Source of the DNA: Candidatus Thorarchaeota archaeon SMTZ1-45
GTDB taxonomy: Archaea > Asgardarchaeota > Thorarchaeia > Thorarchaeales > Thorarchaeaceae
Reading direction: 5' to 3'
NCBI GenBank assembly: GCA_001563335.1
Contig: LRSL01000069.1
Coordinates: 1-64,000 of the forward strand
DNA length: 64,000 nucleotides
In this document: one piece after another, positions 11,101 through 18,167 of the stretch
How the letters are laid out: each line of letters starts with the position of its first letter
How positions within the stretch are numbered: the stretch's first letter is position 1
Program-made: the position numbers and the translations under genes
The notes under the pieces: generated by a model
The model's database searches: none
Seen by the model: only the letters and a program-made list of their open reading frames with translations
Told to the model about the DNA's origin: nothing

Positions 11101-12140
11101 GTTCCAGTCGTGTAATTCATACCACCGGTTTCCATATAGACTTCAATCCAATTGCCTCCAGTGGGTAATCCTGTCATGAACATGAAGTCTAGGGGTGTGG
11201 TGGCATACCATACAAAGTTCAGGAACACATGATAGGCGACTATGGTTTCATTCGAGTGTCCTTCCCAAGTCAGATTGTAGTCTGTCGATGCAGACTGATC
11301 TTCTGAAGTAATGAAGAGCCACTTCTTTGGAGGGTCGAAACGAAGTGTGAGATCGTCTATCGGGAAAGGACTGACTGAAGGTTGTTCATAGTTACTCCAA
11401 ATCGCTCCATGGTTGAGACCGATTGAGTATGGGAAACTGTAGGTGTTCTGAACCCAGTCATAATTGAAATCGATAGAGCCATTATCATAGAATATGACCT
11501 GAAACGTACCGATTAATTCGTAAGGGTAATACATACTATGCACATTATTGTACTCAATAACATAGCGACTGGGAGAAGTCATGGTCAGATTATATACACC
11601 AGGATTTCCAGATTGCCAGTCAAGTGGAGTCGCAAAGGGAGCCACTGCATACCAAGAGCTTTCGTCAGTTGAGCCAATCCCTACCCAAGGAGCACTAGGA
11701 TAGGTGTTGTAGAACGACATCCACCCATGTCTTGACACATAGATCTTAGTGAAATTCTCGCCATAGAATGGAAACACAAAGGGGAGCGTAAGCATGACAG
11801 TTTCGCTCACGCTGAGGTCGTTCCATGTCCCGCCGGTGGCATCCTCCCAATTGTAGGGAAGTGTCATTGTGCTATAATCAAAATCGCCCGCTGTAGGGTC
11901 AGTGGCACTAGGAAAGAATTGGCTGTTTATATCTACAGGTTCTTTGGACTGTAGTTTACCAATGTTGTCATCTTCGACTTGCTGTCTGAAATCAATTGAT
12001 TCTGGAGAATCAAGGTTCTCTGTTGCAAAGTCAGAAGGATTGCTTGTGCTTCTCGGAATAGCTGGAAGGCTACTCGCGAAGTTGCCCAATATGAATATGA
12101 ATGCAAAGACTGACAATAACAAATAGAGCTTCTTCTTCAT
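8115..12140 (-). CDS. Large multidomain cell-surface protein (NIDO-like, Ig/FN3, GIFT/DUF4350-like, CARDB, three Ig-like repeats, Thr/Pro linker, C-terminal TM)
   Basis: Signal peptide; LPFVFPFYGENF...TFQVIFY; YDVIFI...EITALEDFVNGGGKLVV; VTNQGS (CARDB-like); three PxIxxPAD...SGxW repeats; PTTTTPTTPTTTPT; TM then RRRGAK. Confidence 0.88.
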   Translation of the reverse strand: MKKKLYLLLSVFAFIFILGNFASSLPAIPRSTSNPSDFATENLDSPESIDFRQQVEDDNIGKLQSKEPVDINSQFFPSATDPTAGDFDYSTMTLPYNWEDATGGTWNDLSVSETVMLTLPFVFPFYGENFTKIYVSRHGWMSFYNTYPSAPWVGIGSTDESSWYAVAPFATPLDWQSGNPGVYNLTMTSPSRYVIEYNNVHSMYYPYELIGTFQVIFYDNGSIDFNYDWVQNTYSFPYSIGLNHGAIWSNYEQPSVSPFPIDDLTLRFDPPKKWLFITSEDQSASTDYNLTWEGHSNETIVAYHVFLNFVWYATTPLDFMFMTGLPTGGNWIEVYMETGGMNYTTGTQVLVDIDDPTVTIAYPSDLGTLNDGKVNWTYSDLTSWVEYFEVYINNSFYERVDFYNYIYLVLENQIWYNVTVVAYDPLGHSGSDTVTFYYDRTVPAAGFITTHYENPMWDIRDLYSSRGYLTGLITDSLTIDNLTLYDVIFIGDGGDSWPAPEITALEDFVNGGGKLVVSFSWGFPEGLHAFMANLGISFALNIDSPADNTTNFESGHPLMTGVTQLQHFEQSHTFVLSYPFRELIRTSDDQNIIGAAREIGESKVLCVASALTWDLYRTDNHLMFENIIDYWLTLPLHDLSSSIDSPAGAGGGSLVDVYTYVTNQGSSTESGFTLELWVDGALEDSLFVVSLDPGESAFIHSQILVPTSGTMNLTSYVAPVSGESLIYNNREEKILVVYRITIYTPTTDQQIRGGLVFVNYSASDVVNLENITVFVNDAWITHVIGVNSYPELTIFVPVFQNGTNTITLMGTWYNGVQVNESVTIESYLVVPRIRPTYGDYFFIDLHDPGYNIQMKFNFTFLNWLSPLEINCSMILNQTQLGMPSSYIATWLRVNVLNGYISGGWPGYPVEQTWLYKHLLLVSGISAPEILPYSTSIDENSFPAANIGDPACLIEWNQILHVTSTGELYGYATYNLTIDLGMMNMTVTVLQCNGLFVYIDQGGILQGAAITNMFPPIDRPPLISSPADIYIEYGTTDNNLTWYVSGNNPNGYTLYEDEVSIDSGDWYIGVPYVVDLDGLSLGAHNYTLQLWDSNGEWSRDVVWVYVQDTTSPTINTPADIYYDEGDVGYSITWLPSDPLPSSYIIYMEGSVLRSGAWNSSAESIIVSVDGLAFGTYNYTIVVTDTTGHSAIDQVWVYVQDGTAPTIDHPADFDYNEGETGNAIIWTPNDSHPKNFTIYKNGVIEDSGTWDGSAITIDVDGLSPGVYNYTIVVVDHGENSVTDTVIVTVNEVVPTTTTPTTPTTTPTGGVEMPLETMLLIVGGLGVAIAIVIIVALLRRRGAK

Positions 12141-12289
12141 GAAGATCTCTCCCCTTAAAGCTAAATGTTGGAGGAACCCCGCGATTCTCCTCCAACAATA
12201 GTATAATCATACTTTGCTCTATTCGACTATAAATCTATTCAATAGATAGAAAGTTAGTATGATAATTTAGGAATCTAAATGCAGCATGG

Positions 12290-12727
12290 GTGATTGTTCG
12301 TTCATTTTGGAAAGACTACTTGGAACGACAATGTGTGCAAGAAGAAGTAGCAGCAACGAGCAATGTTACTGTGATGGTAAGATTAAACTCAGATGTCAGT
12401 GTTCATCATCAATTGATGTTTGATTCATCTTTGGTTGTTGCGTCAATTTGCGCGGGAGCAATAATAAGCTCACTCATTGTCGGTGTGTGTCTTAGATTCA
12501 TATATGAAAACATAAAGTCACGCGTTGTTGCTAATGCAATCCTAATCATTCTAGGAGCGTTTGGAGTCTTCTTTACTATCTTTGGTTGGTCGTGGATGTT
12601 CTTTCAAGTTCCAAATCGAGAACAGTTTTTGCCCATATTTGGATTCTCGGTTCTTTATTCACTTGTTTTTGGGCTAGTTTTGACATCAGGACTGAATAAG
12701 ACTGAATCGAAGAAGAGAAAATGGTAG
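12290..12727 (+). CDS. Small 3-TM membrane protein (cassette paralog 1); true start may be near 12416
   Basis: Hydrophobic segments; similar to 12774-13052; its last codon and stop (TGG TAG) lie inside the tRNA-end repeat. Confidence 0.6.
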   Translation: MIVRSFWKDYLERQCVQEEVAATSNVTVMVRLNSDVSVHHQLMFDSSLVVASICAGAIISSLIVGVCLRFIYENIKSRVVANAILIILGAFGVFFTIFGWSWMFFQVPNREQFLPIFGFSVLYSLVFGLVLTSGLNKTESKKRKW

Positions 12728-12732
12728 CGGGT
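12722..12732 (-). repeat. Exact copy of the tRNA-iMet 3' end (ACCCGCTACCA)
   Basis: TGGTAGCGGGT identical to 16749-16759; followed on minus strand by TTTTCTCTTCTT. Confidence 0.85.
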
Positions 12733-12773
12733 AGCTTTGCTGTAATGGGAAGATAAAACTCGGACCACAGCAT

Positions 12774-13052
12774 GTGTCATATTCAGAAATGCAATTCTTT
12801 GATACAACCATTCCAATCATAGCAATACTCCTTGGATCTGTTATGTCAAGCTTGCTCCTTGCATTGCCATTATATCGCTATAAAGGTAAGATTTCGGAGT
12901 CATCATTCCTACTAAGATTAGCATTGTTGATTCTATTGGCCTTTGGAGTAGGAACTACTGTGTTTGTTTCTTTTGTATTCCCAGTCTATCTCATTTTTGC
13001 ATTCATTTTTGTCCTACCATTCGCTGTTTGTTTTATACTTAGGAGTAGATAA
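12774..13052 (+). CDS. Small 3-TM membrane protein (cassette paralog 2)
   Basis: FDTTIPIIAILLGSVMSSLLL...ILLAFGVGTTVF resembles paralog 1; fills the interval between two repeats. Confidence 0.65.
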   Translation: MSYSEMQFFDTTIPIIAILLGSVMSSLLLALPLYRYKGKISESSFLLRLALLILLAFGVGTTVFVSFVFPVYLIFAFIFVLPFAVCFILRSR

Positions 13053-13061
13053 GAAGAAGAA

Positions 13062-13072
13062 TGGTAGCGGGT
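13062..13072 (-). repeat. Exact copy of the tRNA-iMet 3' end (ACCCGCTACCA)
   Basis: TGGTAGCGGGT identical to 16749-16759; followed on minus strand by TTCTTCTTCTT. Confidence 0.85.
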
Positions 13073-13357
13073 AATTTGGAAACTAATCTAGAAGTAGGTC
13101 AGTACAAAGAGTCGTAGCACACTTGTTCCCGGCATATGCAAATCTATTATTTGCAATTATGGACTCTGCGATTATGAGAAAAGGACTATTAGCTCCCTAA
13201 AATATATTCTAAAGATTAAAAGTGTCCACAATCCTATCGCTTTGGTTTTGGTCCAGTTTTTTGAACATATAGATGATATCATCAGGTTTTCATGATTCAA
13301 CAAAGAATTTTGATTCAAACTTACCTTCTATAATCATAGTATAAAGAAGGTAAGATT

Positions 13358-13543
13358 ATGTTCAAGTCATGTGTAGGTGGAAACCATGTGGGAGCCTTAG
13401 AGGGGAAGTTCTGTTCGAGTGATGTAGAACGGGTACCATTTGCTGAGCAGCTCTTACTCCATGCGGCAGGAATGTTGCAAGGACCTAAGGAAACTGTTGT
13501 GCTCGCTGACATTCTCGTAGCGATTCGAGGTGTTGATGTGTAG
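13358..13543 (+). CDS. Small hypothetical protein upstream of the LAGLIDADG-like gene
   Basis: Short ORF ending just before the SD/ATG of 13552; no family recognised. Confidence 0.3.
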   Translation: MFKSCVGGNHVGALEGKFCSSDVERVPFAEQLLLHAAGMLQGPKETVVLADILVAIRGVDV

Positions 13544-13551
13544 GAGGGCTC

Positions 13552-15807
13552 ATGGTGGAGGGCGTGTCTGGTGAGGGAGTCAGACGGCGACGGAGAGAGT
13601 ATAGTGAGGATGTTGAGGAAACCCGTGTTGAGGAAATGAGTGCTACTGAGGTGGCTCAGGAGAAGATCAAGACTCCTGAGGTGCAGGAAAAGGGTTCTGA
13701 GGTTGATGAAGCTGGTGAAGTTACAGCCATAGAGATAGTGAGGGATGCAATCGAGAAACTGAGGGAGCAAGAGGAGAAGGAGGGAGAGATATCCAGTAAG
13801 CTGGAGGAAGCTATTGAGGATCTAGAGAGGATAGAGAAGACCAACGAGTCCACCGAGAAGAGGCTCAGGGAGGCTTTGGATAGTATTGACGATAGTGAGG
13901 AGATGATAGATGAAAAGCTTGAATCAAGGTTCACTTCGATGGAAGAGATTGAGAAGGCTTACCAGCAACATGGGCATCTTGGTAAAGAGATGAATCTAGA
14001 AACCTGTGAGAAGTGTGAACAATATATCAGGGTTGTGAATGAAGACTCTCAGATTTCAGACGGTAAGATTGCTGACAGAGAAGGTCTTGGAGAACAGATA
14101 ATCAAAAAATGGAGAGAAGGGGAAACATTTGGTCCGACCTCGTATCTTCGCGAGATGGAAAACTCACGTCTGGAGCATGAAACCAATGTGACTGATGAGG
14201 CTCTTGAGCATCGGATAGACCCAAAAGATGTACAAGAAATCACCGCAAAGGTCCTAGAACAGGAGGATAGGTCTGTCAAAGAACTGACCGATGTTGTTGA
14301 GCAGTTGCATAAAGGAATTGGCAGTCCAGAGTTGAATAGTGTGCACTATGCTGAGCTTTATGAAACTGATAAACCTCTTGTGGATGACAGACTCCGGGAC
14401 TTGGCAAGGGAGATATGTGCCAATCGCGAGGATATCGAAAGTGACCTGAACAAGCGTCTGGGACTAGTGAAAGTGGAATATCAAGAACTGAGGGTTGCAG
14501 TCACGGACAATCGGTTGTACTACTGGCATGTTGACACCAGTCCAGATAAGTGGTTGAATGTGCTAGCCGACCAGAAGTTCTACATGTCGAAAGAGGATAA
14601 GCTACGAGTGATCGATGAAACCGTCAGACATCTCCATGTGAGAGGTGGTGGACAGACCTCTGAATATTATCTCAATGATTTGTTAGGTCAGTTGACCAGA
14701 CTTGAAAATCCTGCTGCTAACAGAATTTGTAGGTATTGGGAAAGACACTATTTTGACGGGGAAACATTGCATTTTGTAGCCGATGTTCGTCAAAAACCTG
14801 ATGAATTCAAACATGTTACCAAACACATGGGCATTAGCCATAGGGGTCGTGTAGAGAATCTCAAATGGCCTGAAATTCGTGAATTTAGAATGAAGACTTG
14901 TGCGATTATCGATAGCGACGGAACATTATCTCCTAAAGGGCAGTTAAGATACTTTGAAAAAAATGATGCTCGAAGACACCTTGCAGTTAAGGTATTCCAA
15001 GAATTTGGTGATTTTAAGGTCAAAGAATATCGAGGGGCAAGAGGGGAGAATAAGACAGTTAGAGTTGAACTCCCAATGGTGTTTGGTACAATGATGAAAT
15101 TTTGGGGAATTCCAGAAGGAGATAAGGCAATCCACAACAAGGGATTGCATGAGTCCGTAATTAATGAAACACTCCATATCAAAATACATTATCCAAGAGA
15201 AATGGTTCCGGAAGATGGAAGTATTAGTGGTAACAGAGTAAGTGTAACTCGTCACAATGTACTTCATGCAGGAAAAAAAGAGGAGGTATATAGGAATAAA
15301 TTCGGCATTGAACCCTTGGTGAATCAAGCCCACATAGATTTTGTAAGAGAACATGGGGACCCTCAAAGAGCACAGTTACGCTATAACGAGGGAGAAATTA
15401 TTCGCTTATATCGTTCAAAAATGGTTGAAATAGCCAAAAAAGGAGATGAGGGGATTTCATATATTGCAAAAGACTTCATGCGAATAATTAGCGAGAACGA
15501 GAACAAGCTACTCAACGATGAAGTGAAACATATATTGGAACCACTTGGTATTGAGATACGACATGGAGCATATTATGTACAGTATTATTCACAATCACAA
15601 AGACTCGCTTTATCATCAACAGCTGAAACAAAAACAAAAGATGCTGCAATTCGTTGGGTACTTATTGCTCCACCAAATCATCCTAGTAAGATGAATATCG
15701 CTATTGAACTCATTAAAAGTGATAAAATCCGTAGTAAAAGAATATCAAAACAAATCGAATTAGATGGATTAGCTGTACATCCAATTTGGGAGGAATACTT
15801 AGAGTGA
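13552..15807 (+). CDS. Acidic coiled-coil N-terminus fused to a two-motif LAGLIDADG-like endonuclease domain
   Basis: KTCAIIDSDGTL (motif 1) and YPREMVPEDGSI (motif 2) about 100 aa apart, with WGIPEGDK between; E-rich helical N-terminal half; GGAGG SD. Confidence 0.7.
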   Translation: MVEGVSGEGVRRRRREYSEDVEETRVEEMSATEVAQEKIKTPEVQEKGSEVDEAGEVTAIEIVRDAIEKLREQEEKEGEISSKLEEAIEDLERIEKTNESTEKRLREALDSIDDSEEMIDEKLESRFTSMEEIEKAYQQHGHLGKEMNLETCEKCEQYIRVVNEDSQISDGKIADREGLGEQIIKKWREGETFGPTSYLREMENSRLEHETNVTDEALEHRIDPKDVQEITAKVLEQEDRSVKELTDVVEQLHKGIGSPELNSVHYAELYETDKPLVDDRLRDLAREICANREDIESDLNKRLGLVKVEYQELRVAVTDNRLYYWHVDTSPDKWLNVLADQKFYMSKEDKLRVIDETVRHLHVRGGGQTSEYYLNDLLGQLTRLENPAANRICRYWERHYFDGETLHFVADVRQKPDEFKHVTKHMGISHRGRVENLKWPEIREFRMKTCAIIDSDGTLSPKGQLRYFEKNDARRHLAVKVFQEFGDFKVKEYRGARGENKTVRVELPMVFGTMMKFWGIPEGDKAIHNKGLHESVINETLHIKIHYPREMVPEDGSISGNRVSVTRHNVLHAGKKEEVYRNKFGIEPLVNQAHIDFVREHGDPQRAQLRYNEGEIIRLYRSKMVEIAKKGDEGISYIAKDFMRIISENENKLLNDEVKHILEPLGIEIRHGAYYVQYYSQSQRLALSSTAETKTKDAAIRWVLIAPPNHPSKMNIAIELIKSDKIRSKRISKQIELDGLAVHPIWEEYLE

Positions 15808-16385
15808 ATGCCAGAATTGATGAAATAAAATGGAGTATTCTTAGACTTCTAGAAGAAGATAAAACCAAGGGATTTCCTAGAAGAGTAATTGAGCAAAAGC
15901 TTATCCCCAAATATGAACTCAAAGATGTGAAGAAAGCTATCTTCATGCTTCTTGATGAGTTCGTCATTGATCTTGTTGTCGATTATCCATCCGACGACTC
16001 GGAGCTGGATTTCGGACATCCAATATGGTTTGTGAAAATTTTAACAGAAGAAGAGAGGCAGGACCTTCGTGAGCTCTCTCATCTTGACCTGCGACTTCTG
16101 CAAATTCTGCGTGAAACAGACGATGATGTTTTTCCAGGAGAGGTTGCTGCTGATAAAGTAAAAGCCATACTTTTGGCTGAAGGGTTCAACGAGGATGATA
16201 TTGAGTGGGCGGGAATTAAGAATAAGGTCACAAAATTATGGTCGACAATGGACGGAAAACAAACACTATGTTTCATACTAATTCCCGAATACGAGAAGAC
16301 TGAGGAATACAAAAGAGAACGGGAAAAGGCTGCTAATCATGCTACCGAGAAAGAGATTCGCGATATGGAACTAGATGGTCTGTGA
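15804..16385 (+). CDS. Tandem winged-helix-like protein translationally coupled to the LAGLIDADG-like gene
   Basis: GTGA start/stop overlap with GGAGG SD; ILRLLEE...KDVKKAIFMLLDEFVI and LDLRLLQILRE helical repeats. Confidence 0.7.
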   Translation: MNARIDEIKWSILRLLEEDKTKGFPRRVIEQKLIPKYELKDVKKAIFMLLDEFVIDLVVDYPSDDSELDFGHPIWFVKILTEEERQDLRELSHLDLRLLQILRETDDDVFPGEVAADKVKAILLAEGFNEDDIEWAGIKNKVTKLWSTMDGKQTLCFILIPEYEKTEEYKREREKAANHATEKEIRDMELDGL

Positions 16386-16431
16386 TTAACTGTTTCATAT
16401 CCAATGATTCAGATTGGAGAGATTATAATTC

Positions 16432-16737
16432 ATGAAGAAAGACACCGATTATGCAGATGAGGAGAAGGATTCTCAAATTAAACAGCATAGAAGGGAAAGA
16501 GCTCGCGAATATCTCATAGAAGTTGCAGATCTAAATTCATTGATTGTAAAGGAATTAAGAGCGAATCCTAATGGTCTTTCTATAGATGAGATTGTAAAAC
16601 GAATCCCAAACTACTCATCCGAACATTACAAGGACGCTATTAATAGTGCGATAGAAGATGAGTATATTGAACTAGTGACTCGTGACGATGGTTTGGAATG
16701 GTATCGTGCTATTCTTTTGGAGTATAAGGAGAATTAA
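16432..16737 (+). CDS. Winged-helix domain protein
   Basis: IVKELRANPNGLSIDEIVKRI...YKDAINSAIEDEYIELV...WY pattern; ends 11 bp before the tRNA 3' end. Confidence 0.7.
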   Translation: MKKDTDYADEEKDSQIKQHRRERAREYLIEVADLNSLIVKELRANPNGLSIDEIVKRIPNYSSEHYKDAINSAIEDEYIELVTRDDGLEWYRAILLEYKEN

Positions 16738-16748
16738 CTGTGTTTAAG

Positions 16749-16858
16749 TGGTAGCGGGTGGATGATTTGAACATCCGATCTCAGGGTTATGAGCCCTGCG
16801 GGATAGGCCTTTGAAGCCTGCTGGACTGACTCCATACAGGCGGCTTCCCCAACCCGCT
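16749..16858 (-). tRNA. Initiator tRNA-Met (CAT) with a 31-nt D-loop intron (16811-16841) and encoded CCA
   Basis: A1-U72 pair, acceptor AGCGGGT/ACCCGCT, anticodon arm CAGGG-CTCATAA-CCCTG (3 G-C pairs), T-loop TTCAAAT; intron has GAAG/CTTC central helix and 3-nt bulges. Confidence 0.95.
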
Positions 16859-16888
16859 TTTACTTAAACATCTATTTGAACAAACACA

Positions 16889-17593
16889 GTGGGCAATTCT
16901 CAGCCCAAAACTGCGATGTCTACAAGGAAGGCGGTGAAGCTGCTCACGAAGTTTCGTCGATTATGCGATGACTACAAGGCCGAGTTTGCCATAGAGGGAG
17001 TTGTTGAGAGTTTTGACACTATATATCCCGTTCCTCCAGAACGACTAAATCGAGGGATGATTATCGATTCTGAATCGGGCAAAAAATATGTAGATTTTTG
17101 GTTTCACAAGCAATCGCCAGTTGAGGTTGGACAGAGAGTCATAGTTGTGGGAAAGCCACTTGTCTTGAGGACAAACGCAGATGTTTCGTTTATTGGAAGA
17201 AACTATCCATCAAAGATAGACTGTGTTGCGCCAATCGCAGTTCTCAGTCCTGAACGACGATGGATTCAGTCATCGAGAGAGAAATGGCCAAGATCTCCAA
17301 GGCTGTTTATGAGTGTCTATGCGGGATTTATGGTCATTCTATACGTGTTGATTGCTATTCCCTTGACCAATTTAGTATTCATCATGATGAATCCCCTGTT
17401 GTCGTTTCTCCTACTGGTGCTCTATATTTTTGCTATGTGTGGACCTTTTCCTTTGATGAATTACCTTCATAGATTTCGTCTATACAACACTGATGAGATG
17501 ACATGGACCCTGTTAATGGAGGAGATTGCAACTAGATTTGGTGTCAAAATAAGCGAATTAGTCAAGAAGACCAATTTCGAGAGTATACCTTGA
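16889..17593 (+). CDS. Hypothetical membrane protein (possible OB-like N-terminal domain plus 2 TM)
   Basis: Long ORF, beta-rich N-terminus (VEVGQRVIVVG), two C-terminal hydrophobic segments. Confidence 0.65.
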   Translation: MGNSQPKTAMSTRKAVKLLTKFRRLCDDYKAEFAIEGVVESFDTIYPVPPERLNRGMIIDSESGKKYVDFWFHKQSPVEVGQRVIVVGKPLVLRTNADVSFIGRNYPSKIDCVAPIAVLSPERRWIQSSREKWPRSPRLFMSVYAGFMVILYVLIAIPLTNLVFIMMNPLLSFLLLVLYIFAMCGPFPLMNYLHRFRLYNTDEMTWTLLMEEIATRFGVKISELVKKTNFESIP

Positions 17594-17680
17594 TTAAGAC
17601 TTGACTACCCCACCTTCTTCGCGGACTATTTTCCGAATTTAAAGACGTGAGCGAGTCATTCGTAGAACCTGTTCAAGAGT

Positions 17681-18097
17681 TCATTCCTCATCAGCCAACG
17701 CACTCTTCTTTCGCTCTTCCTCCCACCCATCACGTTCCTTGAACCATCGTGTCCAGACCTCATCATCACGAGGTTGAACCACGCTAAGGCAACCAAAACA
17801 ACATGATCCAATGAGGGCAGAAATCACGAAAAGAATTAGAAACATAATCAGAATCATATGGATTGGATAAGTTGTATACATCAAATAGTACATGACGATA
17901 TACGTAAACGAGAAGATTGTAATTCCTGTAGCCAAAGCTAGAACTGACAGGAGCAAGGTCTTGGATCTAAGAGATAAATCACTCCAATTTCTGGGATAGT
18001 AACGCATCAGGAGAGCTAGCAGAATACTCACAAGCATTACAGCTGATGTCATAGCTCCCATTGGATCAATGGTGGAGATCATAGATACTAGTCCCAC
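17681..18097 (-). CDS. 3-TM membrane protein, distantly similar to the cassette paralogs
   Basis: SILLALLMRYY...LLLSVLALATGITIF resembles SSLLLALPLYRY...LLILLAFGVGTTVF. Confidence 0.65.
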   Translation of the reverse strand: MGLVSMISTIDPMGAMTSAVMLVSILLALLMRYYPRNWSDLSLRSKTLLLSVLALATGITIFSFTYIVMYYLMYTTYPIHMILIMFLILFVISALIGSCCFGCLSVVQPRDDEVWTRWFKERDGWEEERKKSALADEE

Positions 18098-18167
18098 CAG
18101 CAGAGGTATCTGTTTACTTGTGTTGAGGGAGGAACAATTGCTTCAATGTTTCTCCAATAGAATATGC

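Larger units (their letters stand above)
13062..16759. mobile_element. Putative tRNA-integrated element/cassette (LAGLIDADG-like gene plus two wHTH genes) bounded by 11-bp direct repeats
   Basis: Direct repeat of the tRNA-iMet 3' end at both ends; atypical mosaic composition; no integrase within. Confidence 0.6.
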
